From positions 1 to 18,204 of the forward strand of contig NW_021824536.1 of assembly GCF_006345805.1 (NCBI RefSeq): a stretch of 18,204 bases of DNA, written 5' to 3'. The stretch is from Octopus sinensis. Its lineage: Eukaryota. This document shows, piece after piece, positions 1 through 9,846 of the stretch. The position numbers and the translations under genes are program-made. Under the pieces are notes generated by a model. The model was not told the DNA's origin, searched no databases, and saw only the letters and a list, made by a program, of their open reading frames with translations. Numbering within the stretch: the stretch's first letter is position 1; the number at the start of each line of letters is the position of its first letter.

Positions 1-111
1 TGGGGTCACTAGAGGGCACCACTGCAGCTCTATTGCTAGTTCCCTTTGTGATTCGCCACCCCGCTTCAGGGTGGACTGCGGGAATTCAGTTGGGGTCAGT
101 GAACAAGTGGT

Positions 112-400
112 GGGCAAGTGGGGGTGGAGGATGAACGGGGGGTGGAGGGGGGAGGGGGGGGGGGCAGGAGGGTGGAGGATGAGGGGGGCAGGAGGGGTGG
201 AGAGATGAGGCAAGCAAGCAAGTCTGAAGGCAGAACATGTAAGTAGTGGTGGTGGATGTAGTAGTATTAGAGGAGTGGTAGTAGTAGTAGTAGTAGTAGT
301 GGTAAAAGTGGTAGCATTGGTGGTGGTCATGGTAGTAATAGCGGTGATGGTGGTGGTGGTGTGGGGTAAATGTAGCAGTCGGTGTTGGTGGTGGGGATAG
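112..400 (+). repeat. G-rich tract (potential G-quadruplex, 116-200) followed by (GTA)n/(GGT)n low-complexity sequence
   Basis: Many G4+ runs including a G12-13 run, then gtagtagta and ggtggtggt repeats. Confidence 0.6.
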
Positions 401-655
401 TAAGCGCTGACGTTAAAACACCTTTCCCCAACCCCAGGTCAGGTCAGGCCTGATCCAGACGTTCCAGTTGTGACCATCCCATCATGTTTTTTGTATAAAA
501 TTTGGACTACATTGCCTGATGTGTCCTTCCTACTACATTATATACATATATGTGTATGTGTGTATGTATATATATTATATATATATATAGATATATACTT
601 TTTTTTTTAAAGATGCTTGGGTGGGGGTGTGATTCGAGGGAGGATTTGGCTGCTA

Positions 656-665
656 TTTATTTATT
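656..665 (-). terminator. Candidate polyadenylation signal (overlapping AATAAA) of the RYBP 3' UTR
   Basis: + strand tttatttatt reads as two AATAAA on the minus strand, about 630 nt after the stop and following U-rich tracts. The true 3' end cannot be determined. Confidence 0.3.
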
Positions 666-1292
666 TATACATAGCAGGTTGAGGGGCCACGTAGCAGAAG
701 AGAGTCCTCGTTGACTTACGGTTAATAATAAAAGTAAAGTCATGTTGTGCATGGGGGTACAATGCCAAATGACAGATGGAATTTTTAAAAAATCTAAAAA
801 AATTCAGATAAATAATAAAAATTAAATTTAAAAAAAAAAATTTTTTTAAATAAAATTTAAAAAAAAAAAAAAAAAAGGGGGGGTGATGATATACAGGGAA
901 CAATATATATATGGACCCCTTCTCCATCTGGCCCCTTAATGTCAAATAATGCAATAGCAAAAACAAAGGGAAACAAACTGACTACAGGGCCCCGCCCCCC
1001 ACCACCACAGTAGGGATCTAGGATTCAAATCGCCAAACTTACCGTTCATTTTAGTTGTTCCCTGATGCTCCCTTCAAGGCTGTCCCCTACTCAACACTGC
1101 GTGTCCCCTCTGAATGCCCTACCCTGAATTTCCTCCGCATCCCCCCCACCCACTTTCCATGCCTTCGTTCCATGACTGCCTCTTCCTCTTCCTCCTCCTC
1201 CTCTCTCTCGCTTGCTCGCAACGCCACCACACTCCCTATAATCTATGTCTATCTCTCCTCCTCCTCCTCTTCCTCTCCGCACCCCTCCGTCC

Positions 1293-1506
1293 TCAGTTGT
1301 TGTCCACGCTCGAGTCCTCGTGGTAGTCGTTGGCTGTGGTTGGTGACGACGTGTCGCTGCTGTCTGAAGGACTGACGTTCTGAGTGTCCGTCGAAGACCG
1401 TCGGTCTTTCTTCGGCTGGTAGTCCGTAATCACCACCGTCACACTACCGACTGTCACTGACATGTGCGTGGCACTGCTCCGGTCAATGTTCTTTAACCGC
1501 GGTGGT
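1293..1506 (-). CDS. RYBP: Terminal coding exon of RYBP/YAF2 (RING1- and YY1-binding protein), C-terminal RING1/RAWUL-binding motif followed by a Ser-rich tail and TGA
   Basis: Translates (R)PPRLKNIDRSSATHMSVTVGSVTVVITDYQPKKDRRSS...DNN*, matching the remembered vertebrate RYBP/YAF2 motif PRLKNVDRS(T/S)AQ.L.VTVG..TVIITDFKEK. Acceptor ttctttgtttgtctttttgtacag|A CCA (phase 2); stop TGA at 1293-1295. Confidence 0.93.
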
Positions 1507-1650
1507 CTGTACAAAAAGACAAACAAAGAATCAATTAGGGGCAAAGAAACTAGTCCAGGCCCTGCTACAATAAAACAAAAAGGGTTTACTTCATCATAAG
1601 CAAGCGCAGTTTACATCAATGCAATAAAATCTACTTCGGTACCATTTTAA

Positions 1651-1854
1651 TACTCTTACTCTCTTTTACTTGTTTCAGTCATTTGACTGCGGCCATGCTG
1701 GAGCACCGCCTTTAATCGAGCAACTCGACCCCGGGACTTATTCTTTTGTAAGCCCAGTACTTATTCTATCGGTCTCTTTGGCCGAACCGCTAAGTGACGG
1801 AGACATAAACACACCAGCATCGGTAGTCAAGCAATGCTAGGGGGACAAACACAA

Positions 1855-1885
<31 letters not shown>

Positions 1886-2066
1886 CGACGGGCTTCTTTC
1901 AGTTTCCTTTTACCAAATCCACTCACAAGGCTTTGGTCGGCCCGAGGCTATAGAAGAAGACACTTGCCCAAGGTGCCACGCAGTGGGACTGAACCCGGAA
2001 CCATGTGGTTGATAAACAAAACACACCAGCATCGGTTGTCAAGCAATGCTAGGGGGACAAACACAA

Positions 2067-2099
<33 letters not shown>

Positions 2100-2470
2100 C
2101 ACATATATACAACGGGCTTCTTTCAGTTTCCGTCTACCAAATCCACTCACAAGGCTTTGGTCGGCCCGAGACTATAGTAGAAGACACTTGCCCAAGGTGC
2201 CATGCAATGGGACTGAACCCAGAACCATGTGGTTGGTAAGCAAGCTACTTACCACACAGCCACTCCTGCGCCTATATATATATATATATATATTATATAT
2301 ATTATATATATATTAACTATACGACAGGCTTCTTTCAGTTTCCGTCTACCAAATCCACTCACAAGGCTTTGGTCGGCCAGAGGCTATAGTAGAAGACACT
2401 TGCCCAAGGTGCCACGCAGTGGGATTGAACCCGGAACCATGTGGTTGGTAAACAAGCTACTTACCACACT
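1651..2470 (-). mobile_element. Composite tRNA-derived SINE (tRNA/CORE-like head, (TA)n(TG)n linker, 3' domain ending gagtaaaa) with two extra head copies
   Basis: 3' domain 1651-1862; heads at about 1885-2010 (truncated), 2110-2273 and 2322-2470. Head has A box tggctgtgtgg, B box ggttcagtccc and the ccttgggcaagt CORE-like motif. The same family recurs many times in the window. Confidence 0.85.
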
Positions 2471-2659
2471 TTCCTCAAAGCTTGCATGGGTCAGACAGAA
2501 TTTATAGAAGCTGTATGCCTTTCCTGGGGCCAAACCTCACCCCTTTCCAAGCAAGGTGAATATGAAGTGGCATCAAAAGTTCCCAGACTAGTTCTATAGC
2601 GCACCAACAGATGGCAGAACATGATTGCATGCGCAGTAACAGGTAGCAGTGACCTTCAT

Positions 2660-2742
2660 GAGGCAGTGTGCCGAATGACAAGAATTTGGAATATGGAAAT
2701 TGTAAAGGTTCTGCCTATAATAATTGGTGCATTAGGGAAAGG
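2660..2742 (+). pseudogene. Possible fossil fragment of an RLE-type non-LTR retrotransposon C-terminus
   Basis: Peptide RIWNMEIVKVLPIIIGALGK resembles the ..LW....V.V.PI.IGALG motif ending the restriction-like endonuclease of R4/HERO/NeSL-type elements (from memory). Confidence 0.35.
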
Positions 2743-2884
2743 CAAAGAGCGAATGGAAAAAAAGAGAGAAAAAGGAGGTAAGGTGAACACTAAGAGAGAA
2801 AGAGGGAAAGAGCTGTATATTAAGTCTATAAAATGGAGCATAAAGTATATAGAGAGTGTATATATATATTTCTCTTTCTCTTTT

Positions 2885-3285
2885 CTCTTTTACTTGTTTC
2901 AGTCATTTGACTGCGGCCATGCTGGAGCACCACCTTTAGTCGAGCAAATCGACCCCAGGACTTATTCTTTGTAAGCCCAGTACTTATTCTATCGGCCTCT
3001 TTTGCCGAACTGCTAAGTGACGGGGACGTAAACACACCAGCATCGGTTGTCAAGCAATGCTAGGGGGACAAACACACACAAACACATATACACACACACA
3101 TATATATATATATATATACATATATACGACAGGCTTCTTTCAGTTTCCGTCTACCAAATCCACTCACAAGGCATTGGTCAGCCCGGGGCTATAGCAGAAG
3201 ACACTTGCCCAAGATGCCACACAGTGGGACTGAACCCGGAACCATGTGGTTGGTTAGCAAGCTACTTACCACACAGCCACTCCTG
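2885..3285 (-). mobile_element. Full composite SINE (same family)
   Basis: 3' domain about 2885-3085, microsatellite, head 3126-3285. Confidence 0.85.
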
Positions 3286-3460
3286 TATATATATATAATT
3301 TTTATTTTATCTAGTTTCAGCTCACAAGCTGTGGCCATGCTGGGGCACCGCCATTTATATATATATATTATAATAATAAGGGGTTTTTGCAACAAGTTGC
3401 TTAAACCACGTACCGAAAATATTAGAAATAGCAGTCAAAGGGCTACTATTTCTTTTAAAA

Positions 3461-3538
3461 AGGCTATAGTAGAAGACACTTACCCAAGGTGCCATGTGGT
3501 TCGTTAGCAAGCTACTTACCACAGAGCCACTCCTACGC

Positions 3539-3577
<39 letters not shown>
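3461..3577 (-). mobile_element. Internally deleted SINE head plus (TA)n
   Basis: ggctatagtagaagacac...ggtgccatgtggtt...cctacgcct, with the B-box segment missing. Confidence 0.7.
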
Positions 3578-3580
<3 letters not shown>

Positions 3581-3802
3581 AAGTGCATAAAGTAATCATC
3601 ATGTTCCAGTTTCCTTTACTTTTCACTGATTAACAGATGAGTGACCATCTTTTGATACAAACACAACACGGGCCACACTTTCAGGTTTTTGGGGGTAAGG
3701 TTTTCAGAAATAACGCAATAACTTTACCATTAATTTCCATGAACTATTCATGGGTCCTGCAAGTAATAATAAAAATAATAATAATAATGATGATGAATTT
3801 AC

Positions 3803-3928
3803 CTGTTGGCCCTCTTTGTCGAATTACTGCTGTGTTTCTCCTTTCTCATCTGACTCTTCTCTTTCTTCGGTGGTGGGGCAAACTGTTGAGAATTCTGTTG
3901 GGCGACATGAGTGTTCAGTCGCGGTTTT
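3803..3928 (-). CDS. RYBP: Penultimate RYBP/YAF2 exon, 126 nt, phase 2-2
   Basis: Translates KPRLNTHVAQQNSQQFAPPPKKEKSQMRKEKHSSNSTKRAN(R), homologous to RYBP [27 protein letters not shown]. Acceptor tttgtatttgtgtttttag|A, donor AG|gtaaat. AG+A splices in frame to the terminal exon (R-PPRLK). Confidence 0.9.
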
Positions 3929-4020
3929 CTAAAAACACAAATACAAAGAGATTGTTATTTATTTATTTATGTACATGTCTGTCTGTGTGTGTGTCTACAT
4001 ATTAGTTAGGAAATCACGTG

Positions 4021-4740
4021 CGCAGGAGTGGCTGTGTGGTAAGTAGCTTGCTTACCAACCACATGTTCCCGGGTTCAGTCCCACTGCGTGGCACCTTGGG
4101 CAAGTGTCTTCTACTATAGCCTCGGGCCAACCAAAGCCTTGTGAGTGGATTTGGTAGACGGAAACTGAAAGAAGACTGTCGTATATGTATATATATATAT
4201 ATCATCATCATCGTTTAACGTCCGCTTTCCTTGCTAGCATGGGTTGGACGGTTCAACTGGGGTCTGGCAAGCTCGAAGGCTGCACCAGGCCAGTCAGATC
4301 TGGCAGTGTTTCTACAGCTGGATGCCCTTCCTAACGCCAACCACTCCGAGAGTGTAGCGGGTGGTTTTATGTGCCACCGACACAGGTGCCAGACGAGGCT
4401 GGCAGACGGCCACGCTCGGATGGTGTTTTTTATGTGCCACCGACACAGGTGCCAGACGAGGCTGGCAGACGCCCACGCTCGGATGGTGTTTTCTTATGTG
4501 CTACCGACATATGTGTGTATGTGTGTGTGTTTGTGTGTCTGTGTTTGTCCCCCTAGCATTGCTTGACAACCGATGCTGGTGTGTTTACGTCCCCGTTACT
4601 TAGCGGTTCGGCAAAAGAGACCGATAGAATAAGTACTGGGCTTACAAAGAATAAGTCCTGGGGTCGATTTGCTCGACTAAAGGTGGTGCTCCAGCATGGC
4701 CGCAGTCAAATGACTGAAACAAGTAAAAGAGTAAAAGAGT
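4021..4740 (+). mobile_element. Composite SINE on + strand, interrupted in its microsatellite linker
   Basis: Head 4021-4180, 3' domain about 4510-4740 ending gtaaaagagtaaaagag. Confidence 0.85.
4201..4495 (-). mobile_element. RTE-type LINE 3' end or RTE-tail SINE with (ATG)n tail, nested in the SINE linker
   Basis: Reverse complement of the 8490-8698 and 15560-15746 family: catcatcgtttaacgtccgctttcc...ctggatgcccttcctaacgccaacc, with about 62-nt subrepeats. Confidence 0.75.
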
Positions 4741-4754
4741 CATCACATCATTGA

Positions 4755-4850
4755 AACCTCAAAGCTATGAGATAATGCCTGATTAATTCAAAACAATTTG
4801 AGTGAAAAATTATTACATTTAACAGAATAATCTGAACACTAAAGGGTTAA
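4755..4850. mobile_element. Possible end of a TTAA-type (piggyBac-like) MITE
   Basis: Ends ...ctgaacactaaagggttaa (GGG followed by TTAA). The other end was not found. Confidence 0.25.
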
Positions 4851-5032
4851 ATATACAACTGTTTTATTTTAAAGTGAATATTGGGGGATAAGCTTCTTAT
4901 ATATTTGGAAGAGTTTTAAAAATTAACGTGTGATCGAAGTTTGAATTAATATTCGGTAATATGATTATATTAAGGAATTTTTAATTGGTGTTTGAATAAG
5001 TGTGTGTGTATAAAATAAAAGTTTTTACATAC

Positions 5033-5119
5033 GGGCTAAGAGAAGTACATTCGTCATCAGGGGAATCGGTCCACTCGTAGAGTTTGGCACTGGTAGGTGT
5101 CAGGTGTGACTTTCGTTTT
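5033..5119 (-). CDS. RYBP: Candidate RYBP cassette exon, 87 nt, phase 2-2 (KRKSHLTPTSAKLYEWTDSPDDECTSLS)
   Basis: Acceptor aaattgttttgttccag|A, donor CC|gtatgt. GC-richer island in AT-rich intron, open in the RYBP frame. No homology recognised. Confidence 0.6.
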
Positions 5120-5169
5120 CTGGAACAAAACAATTTAAAGGTATATATTATACGAGTACGGGTACAGGA

Positions 5170-5263
5170 TTGTGTGTATAAATGCACACACATACACACA
5201 CAATCACTTACATACAAATAGATGGACGCACACACACATACAATCACTTACATACAGACATAT

Positions 5264-5299
<36 letters not shown>

Positions 5300-5835
5300 A
5301 CAATCACTTACATACAGACATATGCACACACACACACACACACACGTACAATCACTTACATACAGACATATGCACACACACACACACACGTACAATCACT
5401 TACATACAGACATATGCACACACACACACACACAACACGTACAATCACTTACATACAAATAGACATACGCACACACACGTACAATCACTTACATACAGAC
5501 ATATGCACACACCACACACACACACACGTACAATCACTTACATACAGACATATGCACACACACACACGTACAATCACTTACATACAGACATATGCACACA
5601 CACACACACACGTACAATCACTTACATACAAATAGACATACGCACACACACGTACAATCACTTACATACAAATACACATACACACACACACGTACAATCA
5701 CTTACATACAGACATATGCACACACACACACACGTACAATCACTTACATACAAATAGACACACACACACACACGTATAGTCACTTACATACAAATAGACA
5801 TACACACACACATACATACAATCACTTACATACAG
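5170..5835. repeat. Minisatellite, 15 units of about 40-60 nt: cacgtacaatcacttacataca(g/a)a(c/t)a..(CA)n
   Basis: Core (a/g)tcacttacatac counted 15 times between about 5201 and 5832; spacing varies with (CA)n length. Confidence 0.9.
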
Positions 5836-6180
5836 ACATCCAAAAGATATATTCTTACATATATATAACGAGAGGATGAGAGAGAAAAACAGAAGCAAAC
5901 AGAGGGGGTCATTGCAATTTATGGACAGAACCTGATTGACAACCCCCCCTCTCCCCAGGGGCATAAAGAGGAATAAACTCACATATATAAACAGAGGAGG
6001 CGGCATGGAGTATATTCACACAAATAAACAGAGAGAATGAGGGAGATGTTAGGGTGTCTGATATCATATAAGTCAGGGCTGAACCAGAACCAGTACCACC
6101 AAATAGCGGCAGGGCCGAAACTGCTGTGCCGAAACGTCCCATTATGAGACCAAATGGCCTGAGATTGGGGAGCTACTCAC

Positions 6181-6267
6181 TTGATGATGCCGGATTCTTT
6201 ATCGTTCGATGTGTCAGTACATTCAGCTGGTTTCTCATTTGACATGCTTAAAGAGGATTTTTTGGGT
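6181..6267 (-). CDS. RYBP: Candidate RYBP cassette exon, 87 nt, phase 2-2 (PKKSSLSMSNEKPAECTDTSNDKESGII)
   Basis: Strong acceptor tttttttttcttctacag|A, strong donor AA|gtgagt, open in the RYBP frame. Confidence 0.7.
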
Positions 6268-6350
6268 CTGTAGAAGAAAAAAAAAATATTAAAAAAAAAA
6301 ACGAAAAACATTTAAAAAAAACATGAAAAGAAATTCTTCAAAACTATTTA

Positions 6351-6739
6351 TTCTTTTACTCTTTTACTTGTTTCAGTCATTTGACTGCGGCCATGCTGGA
6401 GCACCGCCTTTAATCGAGCAACTCGACCCCAGGACTTATTCTTTTGTAAGCCCAGTACTTATTCTATTGGTCTCTTTTGCCGAACCGCTAAGTAACGGGG
6501 ACATAAACACACCAGCATCGGTTGTCAAGCAATGCTAGGGGGACAAACACAGACATACAAACACACACACACATACATACATAAATATATATATATATAC
6601 ATATATACGACAGGCTTCTTTCAGTTTCCGTCTGCCAAATCCACTCACAAGGCATTGGTCGGCCCAAGGCTATAGTTGAAGACACTTGGCCAAGATGCCA
6701 CGCAGTGGGACTGAACCCGGAACCACACAGCCACTCTGC
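6351..6739 (-). mobile_element. Composite SINE with an internal head deletion (acca..acca microhomology)
   Basis: 3' domain 6351-6575; head 6607-6739 reads gaacccggaacc|acacagccactc. Confidence 0.8.
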
Positions 6740-6751
6740 AACAATGTAATA

Positions 6752-6753
<2 letters not shown>

Positions 6754-6796
<43 letters not shown>
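6754..6796 (-). repeat. T43 homopolymer (A43 on the minus strand)
   Basis: Direct count. Confidence 0.9.
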
Positions 6797-6799
<3 letters not shown>

Positions 6800-6929
6800 T
6801 TCTGTGGTGAGGGTCAGCTGCATTAACCCATCCCCATCAGTTAGCCATGCCTGGAGTAGTAGGCCCAGTCGAAACACGCACATGGATCTCGATTGGAAGC
6901 TGGCTTGTGACCTGTGGATGTCACGTGCC

Positions 6930-7892
6930 GACCGGCCCGACACATGTGGTTCACAGCAACAGATAGGAGGAGAAGTGCATCCAATTCTGGTACCCCAGAG
7001 ATCAAGCGCTGACCGCCCGACACATATGTTTCACAGCAACAGATAGGAGGAGAAGTGCATCCAATTCTGGTACCCCAGAGATCAAGCGCTGACAGCCCGA
7101 CACATATGTTTCACAGCAACAGATAGGAGGAGAAGTGCATCCAATTCTGGTACCCCAGAGATCAAGCGCTGACAGCCCGACACATATGTTTCACAGCAAC
7201 AGATAGGAGGAGAAGTGCATCCAATTCTGGTACCCCAGAGATCAAGCGCTGACGGCCCGACACATATGTTTCACAGCAACAGATAGGAGGAGAAGTGCAT
7301 CCAATTCTGGTACCCCAGAGATCAAGCGCTGACCGCCCGACACATATGTTTCACAGCAACAGATAGGAGGAGAAGTGCATCCAATTCTGGTACCCCAGAG
7401 ATCAAGCGCTGACAGCCCGACACATATGTTTCACAGCAACAGATAGGAGGAGAAGTGCATCCAATTCTGGTACCCCCAGATCAAGCGCTGACGGCCCGAC
7501 ACATATGTTTCACAGCAACAGATAGGAGGAGAAGTGCATCCAATTCTGGTACCCCCCCAGATCAAGCGCTGACAGCCCGACACATATGTTTCACAGCAAC
7601 AGATAGGAGGAGAAGTGCATCCAATTCTGGTACCCCAACCGAGATCAAGCGCTGACAGCCCGACACATATGTTTCACAGCAACAGATAGGAGGAGAAGTG
7701 CATCCATTCTTGGTACCCCAGAGATCAAGCGCTGACGCCGACACATGGGTTCACAGCAACAGATAGGAGAAGAAGTGCATCCAATTCTGGTACCCCAGAG
7801 ATCAAGCGCTGACGGCCCAACACATATGTTTCACAGCAACAGATAGGAGGAGAAGTGCATCCAATTCTGGTACCCCAGAGATCAAGCGCTGA
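6930..7892. repeat. 80-nt tandem repeat, 12 near-identical copies
   Basis: agatagga anchor at 6961, 7041, 7121, 7201, 7281, 7361, 7441, 7520, 7601, 7684, 7761 and 7841; unit cacatatgtttcacagcaacagataggaggagaagtgcatccaattctggtaccccagagatcaagcgctgacNgcccga. Confidence 0.97.
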
Positions 7893-8317
7893 TGGAGCAG
7901 AAAACAGCCACCCAATGAACAAGCAGCTGCCACTGGCACCTAGACGAAAAGCAGCGGACTGAGCCCCCGTGCAATCACGGTGAGCATACATATCTATACA
8001 CTGGGCCTTCATCCATTGCGATCTTCCCTCTGTCCTACCCCATCGGCCCACTTATCCCCCTACCATTCCCAATGCCCTCTCATTTCTACCACCACCTCCC
8101 CGACTAACTATACCTCCATACCTCCCCCTTCTGAACTACTCCTGTATCTTTCACTCCAAAACACCCCACACTGGTAGTTCCTCACCATCCATGTCTCCAC
8201 CCTTGTTCATCACTCCCTACATTCACTACCACCCCTATCTTTAGCCATCTCTTACTCTCCCCTCACATCATCACTATCAGAATCATCATTTAACATCCGC
8301 TTTCCTGTTTGAGTGTG

Positions 8318-8698
8318 GCCATTGCCAGTACCCACAACATTCTCGGAGTGGTTGGCGTTAGGAAGGGCATCCAGCTGTAGAAACACTGCCAAATCAAGAT
8401 TGGAGCCTGGTGCAGCCACCTGGTTCGCCAGCCCTCAGTCAAAATCATCCAACTCATGGAAAGCGTGTAAAAAGATTCGAGCGAGGTTATTGCCAGTACC
8501 GCCTGACTGGCCCCTGTGCTGGTGGCACGTAAAAAGCACCCACTACACTCTCGGAGTGGTTGGCGTTAGGAAGGGCATCCAGCTGTAGAAACTCTGCCAG
8601 ATCAAGATTGGAGCCTGGTGCAGCCATCTGGTTCGCCAGCCCTCAGTCAAAATCGTCCAACCCATGCTAGCATGGAAAGCGGACGTTAAACGATGATG
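8318..8698 (+). mobile_element. Two adjacent copies of the RTE-type 3' tail, the second ending aaacgatgatg
   Basis: tctcggagtggttggcgttaggaagggcatccagctgtagaaac occurs at about 8341 and about 8549. Confidence 0.75.
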
Positions 8699-8857
8699 GG
8701 CTTCGTTTAGTTTCCATCTACCAAATCCACTAACAAGGCTTTGGTCGGCCCGAAGCTATAGTAGAAGACACTTGCCCAAGGTGCCACGCAGTGGGGCTGA
8801 ACTCAGAACCATGTGGTTGGTAATCAAGCTACTTACCACACTGCCACTCCTGTGCCT
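8698..8857 (-). mobile_element. SINE head (tRNA/CORE-like)
   Basis: Same head family, slightly diverged. Confidence 0.8.
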
Positions 8858-8877
8858 ACTTGTTTCAGTCATTAGAC

Positions 8878-9520
8878 CAGTGGTTTTCAACCAGGGTTCT
8901 GCGGAACCTTAGGCTTCTGCCAGTACAGTCCAGGGGTTCCGCAAGAAGTTACAAAACTGCTAAAATCGGCAGTAATTTTTAATTCTCCTGTGCAGATATA
9001 CTCTGTTTTACTCTTTTTAATTGTTTCAGTCATTTGACTGCGGCCATGCTGGAGCACCGCCTTTAGTCAAGGAGATCGACCCCGGGACTTATTCTTTGTA
9101 AGCCCAGTACTTATTCTATTGGTCTCTAATGCCGAACCGCTAAGTGATGGGGACGTAAACACACCAGCATCGGTTGTCAAGCAATGCAAGGGGGACAAAC
9201 ACAGACACACAAACATACACGCACACATACACATATATATATATATATACACATATATACGACAGGCTTCTTTCAGTTTCTGTCTACCAAATCCACTCAC
9301 AAGGCATTAGTCGGCCCGAGGCTATAGCAAAAGACACTTGCCCAAGATGCCACGCAGTGGAACTGAACCCGGAACCATGTGGTTGGTTAGCAAGCTACTT
9401 ACCACACAGCCACTCCTGCGCCTGTGTGCATAAGGCTATTAAATTATTGCACAGGGGTTCCTCGAGCCAGTGGAATGTTTCCTTGGGGTTCCGTTCCAGC
9501 AAAAAGTTTGAAAAGCACTG
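8878..9520. mobile_element. Non-autonomous hAT (Charlie/Tip100-like) element with 8-bp TSD
   Basis: Left TIR cagtggttttcaa (8878), right ttgaaaagcactg (ending 9520); flanks cattagac (8870-8877) and cattggac (9521-9528), a 7/8 match. Confidence 0.8.
9007..9423 (-). mobile_element. Full composite SINE nested in the hAT element
   Basis: 3' domain, linker and head all present, ending ctcctgcgcct at 9423. Confidence 0.85.
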
Positions 9521-9597
9521 CATTGGACAGTGGCCATGCTGGAGCACCACTTTTAGAAACAACAACAGTAACAAAATGACTATAAAAATGGACTCAC

Positions 9598-9642
9598 CTG
9601 TCTTTTGTAGTTGCAGATTTTTTTGTCTCTGGATTTTCTTTT
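9598..9642 (-). CDS. RYBP: Candidate RYBP small exon, 45 nt, phase 2-2 (KENPETKKSATTKD)
   Basis: Acceptor tttctctcctcctctccatccacag|A, consensus donor CAG|gtgagt, open in the RYBP frame, Lys-rich like RYBP linkers. Confidence 0.65.
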
Positions 9643-9846
9643 CTGTGGATGGAGAGGAGGAGAGAAATAATAGTCAGACGAAATGATTATACAGCTGAGA
9701 AGATCAGTGTAAGATCATCTAAACCTCTTGTACTTGTTTTCAGTCATTGGAGTGCGGTCATTCTGGGGCACTGATTTGAAGAGTTTTAGTCAAATGAAGT
9801 GACCCAAGAATTTCTTTTCTTTTTATAAAGACTGTTACATATTCTA

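Noticed and set aside
661-1375. ORFs at 661-966, 1055-1375, 1091-1282 and 1114-1326
   Set aside because: These are low-complexity translations of the presumed RYBP 3' UTR or antisense to the terminal exon.
5172-5879. Long His/Thr-rich ORFs; also the YI/CV ORFs at 13187-13697 and the 200-240 aa ORFs at 14088-14883 and 14941-15636
   Set aside because: These are translations of microsatellites and tandem repeats, open in several frames at once and without domain signal.
5983-6057. Additional 75-nt phase 2-2 open segment with a gtgagt donor (HPNISLILSVYLCEYTPCRLLCLY)
   Set aside because: The acceptor lacks a pyrimidine tract and the hydrophobic peptide is unlike the other exons. It could be chance; junction reads would settle it.
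6050-6180. Hammerhead ribozyme suggested by the repeated gccgaaac
   Set aside because: No correctly placed CUGANGA core or stems I-III could be built.
6175-6181. In-frame stop immediately at the donors of exons 6181-6267, 9598-9642 and 3803-3928 (intron retention would truncate RYBP)
   Set aside because: This is an automatic consequence of phase-2 introns beginning GTGA or GTAA, not specific evidence of regulation.
6930-7892. CRISPR-like array or coding repeat
   Set aside because: The units are contiguous and near-identical with no unique spacers, and the 80-nt period is not a multiple of 3. The context is a eukaryotic intron.
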